31,348 nucleotides of DNA from a virus (IMGVR_UViG_3300038520_000874:1-31348); one strand, 5' to 3'; counted from the stretch's first letter, positions 16,895 through 26,380 are shown. Translations and numbers: made by a program. Notes: a model not told the origin generated them from the letters alone.

Positions 16895-17293
16895 CTATTT
16901 CATTTTCTTTTTAACAAGGTCTGTGTATTTAGTTATTAACGCTTCTAACTCGTAGTTTTCTAACTTAACAATCTGCTTAGACTTTTGTAACAACCCCTCA
17001 GCAGTACCATCCCCAAAGTCTTTGTTAAGATTAAGACCAAACACATAAGACATACCTTGCTCAAACATATTACACTTAACACATTGTACGTTGCAATTCA
17101 TCTCATCCCATCTTGTGCTATATGATTTCCTTGACATGAAATGACCACATTGTAGTTTTTTCCAATGGTCTTTTTTACCACAGGTGTAGCACTCCGCTAT
17201 CCCCTGAGCATCAGCGTTTCTAAGTCGTATGTACTGACTAAAGACAGTATCTAAACGCTTTACAAGATTCTTGCGTGAAACCTTTTTAGACAA
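16895..17293 (-). CDS. NinG/Rap-like recombination nuclease
   Basis: FSQYIRLR...CYTCG...CGHF.SR...RWDE.N...QCVKCN. Confidence 0.85.
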   Translation of the reverse strand: MSKKVSRKNLVKRLDTVFSQYIRLRNADAQGIAECYTCGKKDHWKKLQCGHFMSRKSYSTRWDEMNCNVQCVKCNMFEQGMSYVFGLNLNKDFGDGTAEGLLQKSKQIVKLENYELEALITKYTDLVKKKMK

Positions 17294-17456
17294 CTGCGTT
17301 ATCTAAGATTTGTATGATGTGTCGTATCTCTGACTTCTCAAACTTACCCTCAATAGAAGCATTATACGTTTTGAATGTTAAGTGATACATATCTTTCTCT
17401 GTATCCCCTTTAAGTTCTTTTTTACCTAAGTAATCTATTTTTAAATCAAATTTCAT
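17286..17456 (-). CDS. Small hypothetical protein (56 aa, MKFDLKIDYLGKK...)
   Basis: Manual translation; overlaps the NinG start. Confidence 0.65.
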   Translation of the reverse strand: MKFDLKIDYLGKKELKGDTEKDMYHLTFKTYNASIEGKFEKSEIRHIIQILDNAVV

Positions 17457-17464
17457 TTTTTTTG

Positions 17465-17556
17465 TTTTAATATAATATATATAATATAATATATAATATA
17501 ATATATAATAAATATATATTTATAAATATACTAATTATAATATATATATATATATA
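17465..17556. other. Almost pure A/T tract with TATAA/TA repeats; candidate replication origin
   Basis: About 90 bp with a single C, at the boundary between the lysis and replication modules. Confidence 0.45.
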
Positions 17557-18006
17557 CTACTTAGTGATTTTTTTAAATTTTTCAAAACCTCTACTACCAA
17601 AGTATGCCACATAGATTGTAACGAGTAAAGTCTTTAGGAGTTCTATCCACGCTTGATCTATGTCAAACGCTATATTTAAACTATCAAGCACAATGTAGAT
17701 TGTAGTCGCAAGGGTTAGGTACACAAGTGTTAAAGGACGTACATTTTTGCTTAACCAACTGTCAGAAGCCATATCACTATCCCAACGCTTAGAAACCTCT
17801 AAAAGCTCCTGTGAGTCCATCTCGAGCAGTTTTAAGGCAGTTTGTTTGTCTTGTGGGGGTAGGGTACTATCTTTGTCTAAAAGTCCCTTAACGATGCCTA
17901 AAACGCCATTATCGGGCAATACATCGCCTACTACGTCAACTATGCTTGATCCTGCGTTTGTAAGGAACGCACCTACCTTTGTGTCCTTAAACTTCTTTTT
18001 ACTCAT
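17557..18006 (-). CDS. Holin (3TM / GTA-holin-like)
   Basis: RWDSDM.SDSWLSKNVRP followed by two TM helices and YFGSRG; near the endolysin. Confidence 0.75.
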   Translation of the reverse strand: MSKKKFKDTKVGAFLTNAGSSIVDVVGDVLPDNGVLGIVKGLLDKDSTLPPQDKQTALKLLEMDSQELLEVSKRWDSDMASDSWLSKNVRPLTLVYLTLATTIYIVLDSLNIAFDIDQAWIELLKTLLVTIYVAYFGSRGFEKFKKITK

Positions 18007-18142
18007 GCTTTCTAAATTGTAATTGAACGATAAACAGGTATATATTTAACTCGTTATAATTATACCCTTTACTTGCAGGATAATAAGATAAACCTGCTAT
18101 AAACGAGGTGGGGAATAGTAGTATAATTGAAAAACTACGCAT
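17999..18142 (-). CDS. Small hydrophobic protein (47 aa, MRSFSIILLFPTSF...)
   Basis: Manual translation; lies between endolysin and holin, overlapping both. Confidence 0.55.
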   Translation of the reverse strand: MRSFSIILLFPTSFIAGLSYYPASKGYNYNELNIYLFIVQLQFRKHE

Positions 18143-18491
18143 AAGTCCATATTACTTCTTTAGCTTTGTCTTTGTCTATATCTACATGGATAAATGTATT
18201 GCCTACACCTATGCGTGTAAAACCTACATCTAAAAGACAATTAAGCAAGTGATATCTATCTACTGAATTATTACAAGCTATATCAACAGCTAAACCTCTT
18301 AGATGGCTACTGTTACCTGTACCACCAACTTTAGCGTTATGTTTTTCTGTACGATAACCTGAGTTTATTCGTATAGGTTTGTCAAACTTATCTCTAACCT
18401 GATCTAACATCTCTAATATATCAGGATGCATTTTCTGACCGCTTCCTACTTCATCAGGGCTGTCAAATTCTGAATAACTAAAATATCTCAT
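18135..18491 (-). CDS. Endolysin, peptidase M15 family
   Basis: SGYR...HN..VGG..NSSH..G.AVDI...FIHVD Zn-peptidase motifs. ATG 18491 preferred as start. Confidence 0.9.
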   Translation of the reverse strand: MRYFSYSEFDSPDEVGSGQKMHPDILEMLDQVRDKFDKPIRINSGYRTEKHNAKVGGTGNSSHLRGLAVDIACNNSVDRYHLLNCLLDVGFTRIGVGNTFIHVDIDKDKAKEVIWTYA

Positions 18492-18492
18492 A

Positions 18493-18528
18493 TCAACATA
18501 ATCCACAATGTATGCAAAATTCGCACAT
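18493..18528 (-). CDS. Candidate 11-aa peptide MCEFCIHCGLC
   Basis: Almost exactly fills the gap between 18531 and the endolysin ATG; CxxCxxCxxC pattern. Confidence 0.45.
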   Translation of the reverse strand: MCEFCIHCGLC

Positions 18529-18530
18529 AA

Positions 18531-19703
18531 TTATAATCTTAAATTTAAACCAAACCGAGTATCGTGCATCTCAGTATCCCAAAAGCGTGTATATTCACTT
18601 TCTATAAATATACCTAATCGCTTTGTAATCTTCCATCCGAGTATCAAACCCCCCTGCCAATCTTCCCATTGTTCGCCACCAAGCAGATTATTGTGTCCAC
18701 CCTTACCCCAAGAGTTTCTATGTAGGTAAGAAAAATCTACATTGCCCTTAACGTACTCGTGATGTGGTAGTATGTAGTTTGCGTAAGCGTGTAACCAAAA
18801 CTTACTGCCATAATGATAGAAGTCAAAACCTACAATAGGTGCATACTCAGCAAAACTATCAAGCTCTGCCCACTTCTCGGCATTGTATCTGTTCATTAAT
18901 CTACCAAATATTCTATTCCTAAAGTCAAGGTCTGTATAAGCAACTGTTTGACCTCTTTCGTTTACCCACACATAGTCTATAACCTCAGACATATTACCAT
19001 CTTGGTCATATATATTTGATATGTAAATATTGTCTTTGAAACCATACATATATCCAAGCGAGTACCAAGGGTTGACAGGTAACCCATCTTGATCTGTTTC
19101 GTTAAGCCATATTTCAATAGGGTTGTATCCGTAAGCTGTTTGATGTGTTCGATAGATATATCCTGCCGATACACTAAACTTTTTACCGATAGGAAGTCTT
19201 AACCTTGCTTCTGCTGATTGATACTCAAAACCTACATTGCCTTGTTCTCTTTGTTCTAACTTTATAATATGATACTTACCTGTGTGTCTTAAAAAGTATC
19301 TTGTGTTTACAAACTCTTCCCCACGCTCTCTCTCTTGCTCGTAGTGAAATAAATACTCAAACCCTTTTACAGCAGCAGTAGGGGCTGACAATGCTTTGTT
19401 GATTTCTGTACCATCATAAAAGTTTGGCTTTACTTCATAGTCAAATCTTGCAAGTTTACGGATACCAAACCCTACACGATAGTCATTAGGATAATACTCT
19501 GTAACATCTATAACTCTTGGGATTCCGTATAGATCGCCATCAGCAGGTTTTTCTACAAAGTAATCCTTAGTAGTTTTTTCGTATGCATTTGATACATTTC
19601 CTGCAACGTATATAGACGAGTATTTAAAAAACTCATCATACGCTTTTTTTAGTATTTGCCCCTGTGCTACAAAGCACCATAGTAAAAGTATTAAGTATCT
19701 CAT
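18531..19703 (-). CDS. Secreted, probable outer-membrane beta-barrel protein (390 aa)
   Basis: Signal peptide (MRYLILLLWCFVAQG); aromatic-rich alternating strands; C-terminal RFGLNLRL resembling a beta-signal. Confidence 0.55.
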   Translation of the reverse strand: MRYLILLLWCFVAQGQILKKAYDEFFKYSSIYVAGNVSNAYEKTTKDYFVEKPADGDLYGIPRVIDVTEYYPNDYRVGFGIRKLARFDYEVKPNFYDGTEINKALSAPTAAVKGFEYLFHYEQERERGEEFVNTRYFLRHTGKYHIIKLEQREQGNVGFEYQSAEARLRLPIGKKFSVSAGYIYRTHQTAYGYNPIEIWLNETDQDGLPVNPWYSLGYMYGFKDNIYISNIYDQDGNMSEVIDYVWVNERGQTVAYTDLDFRNRIFGRLMNRYNAEKWAELDSFAEYAPIVGFDFYHYGSKFWLHAYANYILPHHEYVKGNVDFSYLHRNSWGKGGHNNLLGGEQWEDWQGGLILGWKITKRLGIFIESEYTRFWDTEMHDTRFGLNLRL

Positions 19704-20035
19704 TAAAATTTAGCTTCTATTAGTTTGTTTATTTCTTTTTGTAAGTCCTCTAACTTACATTTTAGTTTTAGCGTTATATCCGCTTCCCACCTTTTTATCT
19801 CTTCGCCATTTTCAAACAATATAATAGTAGGCAGGTAAACTATGTCGTGATCTTTAAAAAAATTAGAGTGTTTGCTTAGGTCGTAATTGTATGTACTTGT
19901 ATCGTCAAGTTTATTGATGTTTAGGTTAGCTTCCTTTGTAAATTCAGCAGATGCCTGTACAATGCTTATTCCGTTTTCGTGTTGAGAATAGACAAGCGCA
20001 GAAGCTAAAACAAATATGTATTTAACGAGATTCAT
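19703..20035 (-). CDS. Secreted thioredoxin-fold protein lacking CxxC
   Basis: Signal peptide; Trx C-terminal half I.YLPTIILFENGEEIKRW; SAEF in place of WCxxC. Confidence 0.6.
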   Translation of the reverse strand: MNLVKYIFVLASALVYSQHENGISIVQASAEFTKEANLNINKLDDTSTYNYDLSKHSNFFKDHDIVYLPTIILFENGEEIKRWEADITLKLKCKLEDLQKEINKLIEAKF

Positions 20036-20315
20036 ACAATCTATCTTCTATCTTATCTAAAGATTCTTTAATTTCTTGCACATCAACCTTAATACCATCA
20101 ACATCTTGCTGAGTGAGCATTATAGTTTTACGAACTAACTCGTCCTTATATTGAAACTCTTGCTCTGTTATAATCGGCTTTGGCATTTGCATCGCAATAG
20201 CAATGTCAGATTTAAGTGTAAAAAACACGCCTAAAAGGGAAGCGATACCAAACCCTAAAGCTATGAGTTCTTTGATTGTTAGTTGAAATTTTGAATTAGG
20301 GTTAAGATCAGCCAT
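20022..20315 (-). CDS. Membrane-anchored coiled-coil protein
   Basis: N-terminal TM helix plus C-terminal heptads. Confidence 0.6.
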   Translation of the reverse strand: MADLNPNSKFQLTIKELIALGFGIASLLGVFFTLKSDIAIAMQMPKPIITEQEFQYKDELVRKTIMLTQQDVDGIKVDVQEIKESLDKIEDRLYESR

Positions 20316-20325
20316 GTTTTAAAGA

Positions 20326-20688
20326 TTAACTGTTAAACGTCCATCCTGCAAATGTGTGTACTCCGTTTCCTTCGACAGATATCTCCTTGCTTGACCATCC
20401 GTAAGGATAGCTTACAGTACCTACTCCATCTTCGTTAACTTCTGTAATCTCACTTGCTTTCCATAATACGTCAACCGAGTACATATCAGATGCTACTCCT
20501 TCTGTTTCTACTTCGCCTTCATCATTGTAAGTAGGTTCGGTAGTCCATAAATAACCGAGCTTTACAACTGTATGAGTGTGTGATGGGCTTTCGTTCCCAT
20601 CCTCATCGGTTACTGAAGGCAAAGCGTCTATCCTTGTTTCAGCTTGACTTTGACTGTCAAATTCATATTTTTTAAATATATATTTCAT
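20326..20688 (-). CDS. Acidic fibre-associated protein
   Basis: Follows the fibre genes; ends in HTFAGW. Confidence 0.5.
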   Translation of the reverse strand: MKYIFKKYEFDSQSQAETRIDALPSVTDEDGNESPSHTHTVVKLGYLWTTEPTYNDEGEVETEGVASDMYSVDVLWKASEITEVNEDGVGTVSYPYGWSSKEISVEGNGVHTFAGWTFNS

Positions 20689-20690
20689 AA

Positions 20691-21917
20691 TTAACTTGTT
20701 AGTGTTTGTAATTCTGTATTTGTTAGTCGTGTATTGTACACAAGTAATTCGCTTATTTTTACAATTCCTCTTGATTCGTCTGTTATAAAAGTAATTGAAG
20801 CCATTTTATCAAATACTGATGCATCATTACTGCCTGTATGGTTTGTTGAGCCATTTGCACCTTGCGACCAACCGCTTGAATCGCACGAAACAAACAAGCT
20901 ATTTTTTTGTGTTCTTGGTGCGTTAGATTGTGTATTAAGATATGCAGAGCCGCTTAAATTTAATCTACATCTAAAATTGGTAGAAGTAGTACCAAAACCT
21001 ATATAAGTGCTACTCGTATCATCATTAAACAGTATAAATGGTGCAGATGTACCTGAACCTGCTTCACTTATATCAAATTTTGCAATAACTGAAAACCCAC
21101 TTGATGAATTAAAAGAATCTACATCAGGAAGGGTTAAATCAATGTCATCAATTAAGCGTGTTGTACTTCCTGTTGATAAATTTGGTGTGTACGAGGTTTC
21201 AAAATCTCCCTCTTCAACTTGTGCTCCCCATAAAAATATGTTTCCGTCAAAAGTTGTATTTCCTGCCTTACCTGCGTAAATGTTAATCGCTAAACTTGTT
21301 CCGTTTGACGTACATACAGTTGACACTCTAAACCAATTATTTGAGAATTGTTCTATTTTTTCACTAACAAAACCTGTTTGATTTCCACCACTTGCACCAC
21401 TTGTTTCGTCTGATAAATTAAAAAATCTTCTAACGTCATTTGAACCACTTGCTTGTCTTAGTGTAATATGTGTACCTGTATCTGCTTTAACAAAAACACT
21501 AAACACATAATTTACACCACTTGAAATCGTTGCTGCTTCGCTTATCTGAACAAAGCTACCTGATTTTGTAAGTTTATCAGCAGTAAGACTACCGTCAGGC
21601 GATATTGCTTGATTTGCAGTAACATAAGAACCACCTGACCCCCAATTATTAAAAGATTCTGAGTATTCTGATAAATTCGTTCTACTCGGCTCTAAAAGTA
21701 AAACAGGACAACTCTGTACTACGCCATCAACTAAAGGATAATCTAAACGAGGTACGTTTGTAGCAACGCTTTCTATGAGTCCATCTTTGTTTACTCGTGT
21801 AGCTGTTGATCCTCTTGTGTGCGTAAAATCGCCATTGCCATTTGCAGGTAAAACCGAATACAATTTACTTGCTTTAGTTCCCGATGGTATCAACGCTAAA
21901 CTTGCTTTATCTAACAT
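20691..21917 (-). CDS. Fibre/spike protein with carbohydrate-binding-like and LamG-like domains
   Basis: FTHTRGSTATRVN...PRLDY...LLLEPSRTNL...WGAQVE..TSY motifs; paralog of the next gene. Confidence 0.65.
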   Translation of the reverse strand: MLDKASLALIPSGTKASKLYSVLPANGNGDFTHTRGSTATRVNKDGLIESVATNVPRLDYPLVDGVVQSCPVLLLEPSRTNLSEYSESFNNWGSGGSYVTANQAISPDGSLTADKLTKSGSFVQISEAATISSGVNYVFSVFVKADTGTHITLRQASGSNDVRRFFNLSDETSGASGGNQTGFVSEKIEQFSNNWFRVSTVCTSNGTSLAINIYAGKAGNTTFDGNIFLWGAQVEEGDFETSYTPNLSTGSTTRLIDDIDLTLPDVDSFNSSSGFSVIAKFDISEAGSGTSAPFILFNDDTSSTYIGFGTTSTNFRCRLNLSGSAYLNTQSNAPRTQKNSLFVSCDSSGWSQGANGSTNHTGSNDASVFDKMASITFITDESRGIVKISELLVYNTRLTNTELQTLTS

Positions 21918-21918
21918 A

Positions 21919-23697
21919 CTAACTTGTTAATTCTTGTAATTCAGCATCTGTAAGTGCTTCTTTAAATACTGCTACGCATTTAGTTTTTCCGTAGAATCGT
22001 GCTCCACCACCACCTCTGTCAAAGGATAAATTATTTATACCTGATGAATTAAAAGCTCCTGCAGAAGTTGCTACTTGTACACCATTAATAAATAAAACAC
22101 AATCCTCTGACTTATATTTAAAAGCAATTTTATTAAATTCAGTTATATTGTTTACAGTAACCGATGTATTGTTTATCGCACTACCAATTCTTGTTATTAC
22201 ATTAACTTGATTAGATGTACTTATATACCTTATCATTATTGAGTTGTTGTATCCTGCATCACTACTTATAGATATACTTCTAAAAGTACCATCGTTTGCT
22301 AAAGCAGCAATCTCTGCATATAGCACACCCTCACTATCATTAAACAAGTCAGCATTTCCACTATTGTTTGCTACGTCAGCAGAGCGAGTTACTGTTGAAG
22401 ATGTGGTGGGTATGTAACTTGTGATATAAGAATTATTTTCTTCCATAGCTCCGTAAATGTATATATTTTCTCCATTCCCTTGCCAAGATGTAGCAGGAGT
22501 TCCATTAAAAGTAGATTGATAATATGGTAATATACCTATTCGATTATCAGGTGGACTTGAGAAAGTGCCTGATATTTGCAATCTATACCAACCATTCCCT
22601 AAACTTACAGAAGATGCAGATGTAAAACTTGAGCCACTTCCTATCGCACCTGAGTCTGTTACAGAGCCATCAGATAAATCAAATATAGCTTGTATGTTAG
22701 TTGTACCGCCACAAAAAAAGTAAGCATAATCAGTAGTGCCTTTTTTAGCAAAAATTGATATGCTAACTGTCGAAGTTGTTGAACCACCTACTCTTAAATA
22801 ATGACGGTCATTGTCAGATGTTACTTGAAGTAACCAAGCATTATTAGTACCATCGGGGGATGTTTCTGAATTTTCTGTTACAGTAACATTTGTTTTACCC
22901 CAAGACGAGTCATCAAAACCATTAGAGTAAGTTATTAGGTTTGTTGACTGTGGCTCTAATAATAAACTTCCCGTACCATCTGTAAAATCTATTCTTGGTA
23001 AGTCGGTATCGTCTGTTATTTCTATAATAGATACGTTATCTATTGAGCCTGAAAAATTACTAAAGGCTTTTAGCCTAAAAGAATTATTAGTTGCTGAAGG
23101 TGTAAGAAATTCAGTGTAAGTACCATTTGCTTCAGCTTTCTGACCTGTTACATTAGTGCCATTCGTAAATTGAAATTTAACATTTCCTTGCGTATAATTA
23201 GATACAGTATAAACTACTTTGTAAACTTTATTTGAGTCTAAACCACTGTAACTTTGACTTAAAATACCTGTGGCATTAGTCGCTATTGCTTTACCACCAC
23301 TTATAGTCCAACCTGTACCTTTAGTCCAATCACTATCAGTATCAAAGTTTCCGTTTTGTACAAGCTCTCCACTTAATATCTGTACGTCCTGTACAAGCCC
23401 TTGCTCGTTTACTCTTGTAGCACTTGAACCTCTACTAAAGTTAAAGTCGGCTTCCTCACTCGGTGCGTAAGGTGGTATGACAGTATTTAAGCTACCATCT
23501 GAATATGCAGTAGGTGTTAAGACTATACTTGATTTATTGTTTAAGTCTTTTAAGGTCGCATCTGTGCCATCTGAGTTCTCGTAATAGTCAGAGTGGTTGT
23601 ATAGCTTATTTGTCGCTGCGTGATCATAGTACACATCGCCAAAGTCCTCTGCTTTACTTTCTCCCCAATCGCTTCTGTGATATATTTCGTTTGGCAT
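21919..23697 (-). CDS. Fibre/spike protein with CBM-like inserts and C-terminal LamG-like domain
   Basis: FSRGSSATRVN...ELVQNGNFD...PRIDF...LLLEPQSTNL...TSYIPT. Confidence 0.65.
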   Translation of the reverse strand: MPNEIYHRSDWGESKAEDFGDVYYDHAATNKLYNHSDYYENSDGTDATLKDLNNKSSIVLTPTAYSDGSLNTVIPPYAPSEEADFNFSRGSSATRVNEQGLVQDVQILSGELVQNGNFDTDSDWTKGTGWTISGGKAIATNATGILSQSYSGLDSNKVYKVVYTVSNYTQGNVKFQFTNGTNVTGQKAEANGTYTEFLTPSATNNSFRLKAFSNFSGSIDNVSIIEITDDTDLPRIDFTDGTGSLLLEPQSTNLITYSNGFDDSSWGKTNVTVTENSETSPDGTNNAWLLQVTSDNDRHYLRVGGSTTSTVSISIFAKKGTTDYAYFFCGGTTNIQAIFDLSDGSVTDSGAIGSGSSFTSASSVSLGNGWYRLQISGTFSSPPDNRIGILPYYQSTFNGTPATSWQGNGENIYIYGAMEENNSYITSYIPTTSSTVTRSADVANNSGNADLFNDSEGVLYAEIAALANDGTFRSISISSDAGYNNSIMIRYISTSNQVNVITRIGSAINNTSVTVNNITEFNKIAFKYKSEDCVLFINGVQVATSAGAFNSSGINNLSFDRGGGGARFYGKTKCVAVFKEALTDAELQELTS

Positions 23698-23758
23698 TTA
23701 GAAACTTTTTTAATTTTATTATGTTCTTATCTTTTATTTTGTATCTCAAAGCACCCAT
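23654..23758 (-). CDS. Small basic peptide (34 aa, ...YKIKDKNIIKLKKFL...)
   Basis: Manual translation; bridges the adaptor and fibre genes. Confidence 0.4.
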   Translation of the reverse strand: MGALRYKIKDKNIIKLKKFLNAKRNISQKRLGRK

Positions 23759-24246
23759 CCGTTAAACAATGAATCATTATCAGGATATACATCAGAGTCA
23801 GAGTTGCTATTGTACTCAGGGAATAAATTACTATTAAAGTTCATATATTCAATAAACCTACGAGTGTAATACTCTGCTGTGTTTCTTGCTTTCTGTACTA
23901 AGTAGTCAACCTCTGATCTACTTGCACTTTCAGCGTTTTCAGATGTATGTTTAAATACCCCACCATTCTTTATTTGATAAGCAGCGTAAGGAATGTAATT
24001 AACCTGCGCCCACCATATAAGCATGGGTTGAACGTAATCATTAACAAGGTTAAGATAATTACCTGTTAGCGTACCTGCGATAATATCTGCACTAATCTTA
24101 TTGTATAGGTCTGTACCTAAATAGTTCTGCACCTCAATCTCCTGTGCGATCTTGATAAACTGTATAAACTTGTCAGTATCTACATTACCATCTATAATGC
24201 TGTTCTTAACTAAGTCCGTTCTTGATATAAATAGTGCTGTTGCCAT
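23746..24246 (-). CDS. Head-tail adaptor / connector protein
   Basis: Helical 166 aa protein immediately downstream of the portal (TAATG overlap). Confidence 0.55.
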   Translation of the reverse strand: MATALFISRTDLVKNSIIDGNVDTDKFIQFIKIAQEIEVQNYLGTDLYNKISADIIAGTLTGNYLNLVNDYVQPMLIWWAQVNYIPYAAYQIKNGGVFKHTSENAESASRSEVDYLVQKARNTAEYYTRRFIEYMNFNSNLFPEYNSNSDSDVYPDNDSLFNGWVL

Positions 24247-26003
24247 TATCCTTTATAATTTGGGTGGTGTCCGTTATTTGGCATATCCTTTGGTGCTTTC
24301 TCTGCATCCTTATATCCTCTCGGTGTCGGTGCATAAGACTTAGGTATCTTATCTACTTCATCGTAGTTTTGAATTACTTTTTTCATAGTCTTAGATTTTA
24401 GTCTGTATAAGACCTCTTCCCATCTATGCCCACAGTTTACCCCACCTTTAAATCTAAACAAATCATATGCTTTACCTTTATGTCCAAAAGACTTATTTAC
24501 ACCTGCGTTACTTGCTTTGTCAATATCCTCTACACGATACACAACACCTCTGTTACTTCTGCTCATCATAATACGACAAAATTGTCTTGATTTGCCTGAG
24601 CTGTACTTTTCAGAATATCGGTATCTTACTTTATATAGGGATTTATCTAAGTAGCTAAACCCACTTTTTTTAGAGTCTATTGATTTCTTTTCTAATTGCT
24701 CTTCCTTAGACTCGATGTTTTTAGTAGCCCACTCTTCTATGCTTTCGTTATCATCGCTGTGTTCTCTTACATCTACTGCTTCCCATCGGTTTGATATTGT
24801 TTCGCCCCTTAGCTCGTCAAGGATAATGTCAAACTCCTCATCAGTCAAATCCTCTTTGCTCATCTTTACACCTGTTTCCTCTTCTCGTGTTTCAGAGTCC
24901 TCTACATTATCAAGGTCTGTAAACTCTAAGGGTTGTAAGGTCTTAAAGTATAGATTAAGTGAGATACCATTATACGCAAGGATTTGCTCAAAATTTTCAA
25001 TAAGCAAACGCTGAAATGGACGTATAACTGTATTATCCATAAGCAAGGTAGCTGTTTTAAGCTCGTCTGCATTGTTTCCAAGCCCTGTATTGTCTTTAAT
25101 TCCTAAAAGCATAGGCGATACTACCCTGTGTGAAACAAGTATCTTACGAGCGCTCTCATCGCTTAGAAATTGATATTGATTATGCGCATCAGAAAGTTGT
25201 ATAGGTTGTATATCAGCAGCAGTTTCAGCATTATCGTTAAAAGCTAAGATAAACTTACCTGCGTTGCTTGACCCACTAAACTTCTCATAGATACGTCTTT
25301 CGATTAATTCTCTTTGCTCAGGGTCAGGCGTTCCGTTGTTAAAGTTGATAAGCATTGATGGTGCTAACCCATTCATTATGTTATTTATGTGATAATTGCT
25401 AATCTCCTCCTCAAGTTCACTATACTGTAATCCTCCCTGATTCGAGGGTGGACTATAATATTTAAACCCTGCCTTATATGGCTTTATATACATTATCTCT
25501 AAGCCCTCTTTAGAAGTTCCAAAAGCAGGGATGCGTTTAAGTTCATCGCTTTTTTTGTACTTAGACCAATCATAGTGATAAAAGTACGCTTCTATTTCGC
25601 CTTTGTCATTGCACTTTTCGGCTCGTAATGTTTCAACAGGCATATGTTCAAGATTTACAATCTTACTCCTATTCTTAGAGTAAATTACTTGCAAAGCACA
25701 TTGACCCATTAATTTTAAATCGTATGCTACTTTACGAACACAATCATCGTTAAATAAAGCTACCATCTGAGCGTATTGGTCAGGTTTTCTGTTGCTATCA
25801 GTAGCATCTAAACCTTTTCCGTATATCATCTCGCTTATAGCAGTAATACAAGCATTGTTAGTAGGGCTTCCATTATATCTGTCTATAAGATACTGAAAGT
25901 AGTTATTATCATCGCCATACGATACAAACTCCTGATTGCGTACTTCTTTTACAGTAGGGCTTGTGTAGGTGCTTAAATTAACTATCCTTAAATCGTTTTT
26001 CAT
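24246..26003 (-). CDS. Portal protein with C-terminal extension
   Basis: Portal-like core (SPTNNACI, GSSNAGK, HRVVSPMLLG, VIRPFQ), then an extension with SRQFC...KGGVNCGHRW. Confidence 0.8.
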   Translation of the reverse strand: MKNDLRIVNLSTYTSPTVKEVRNQEFVSYGDDNNYFQYLIDRYNGSPTNNACITAISEMIYGKGLDATDSNRKPDQYAQMVALFNDDCVRKVAYDLKLMGQCALQVIYSKNRSKIVNLEHMPVETLRAEKCNDKGEIEAYFYHYDWSKYKKSDELKRIPAFGTSKEGLEIMYIKPYKAGFKYYSPPSNQGGLQYSELEEEISNYHINNIMNGLAPSMLINFNNGTPDPEQRELIERRIYEKFSGSSNAGKFILAFNDNAETAADIQPIQLSDAHNQYQFLSDESARKILVSHRVVSPMLLGIKDNTGLGNNADELKTATLLMDNTVIRPFQRLLIENFEQILAYNGISLNLYFKTLQPLEFTDLDNVEDSETREEETGVKMSKEDLTDEEFDIILDELRGETISNRWEAVDVREHSDDNESIEEWATKNIESKEEQLEKKSIDSKKSGFSYLDKSLYKVRYRYSEKYSSGKSRQFCRIMMSRSNRGVVYRVEDIDKASNAGVNKSFGHKGKAYDLFRFKGGVNCGHRWEEVLYRLKSKTMKKVIQNYDEVDKIPKSYAPTPRGYKDAEKAPKDMPNNGHHPNYKG

Positions 26004-26347
26004 AATATGATGTAATCGTTATCGTGAGTTGTATCGCTTGTGTACTCCCCATCGTTTACTGAGTAATAATTGTTCGTATCTTGGTCAATAGTCTGATCTG
26101 TGCAAAATACTTTATCCTTAAATATAACACTTGAACCCTCTTTGATTGTTAAATCATAAAACCTACCCTCAGTTAAAGCAAGTGCTTGACTTAACACTAA
26201 ATAGTTTTTATCGGTTGTTGTACTTACGCTATATGTAACCTCTGCATTTGTAGAATCATCACGAAGTATCATGCTTACATTTGTAGCATAGTTTCGTGGT
26301 ATAACCTTGATTATTTGAGCATCGGTTGATGTAGTAAGGTGTATCAT
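26000..26347 (-). CDS. Virion structural protein (115 aa), possibly head completion
   Basis: Beta-rich; first gene after a late promoter. Confidence 0.5.
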   Translation of the reverse strand: MIHLTTSTDAQIIKVIPRNYATNVSMILRDDSTNAEVTYSVSTTTDKNYLVLSQALALTEGRFYDLTIKEGSSVIFKDKVFCTDQTIDQDTNNYYSVNDGEYTSDTTHDNDYIIL

Positions 26348-26350
26348 ACC

Positions 26351-26380
26351 TATATATCGTAAAGTTTCTGAATTTTGTAT
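26351..26380 (-). promoter_or_regulatory. Phage late promoter (ATACAAAA-N12-ACGATATATA), 3 nt before ATG 26347
   Basis: Exact motif and spacing. Confidence 0.75.

Noticed and set aside
17465-17556. CRISPR array or regular tandem repeat
   Set aside because: Low-complexity AT sequence with no repeat-spacer periodicity.
20691-23697. Diversity-generating retroelement acting on the fibre genes
   Set aside because: No reverse transcriptase, and no near-identical TR/VR nucleotide pair seen.
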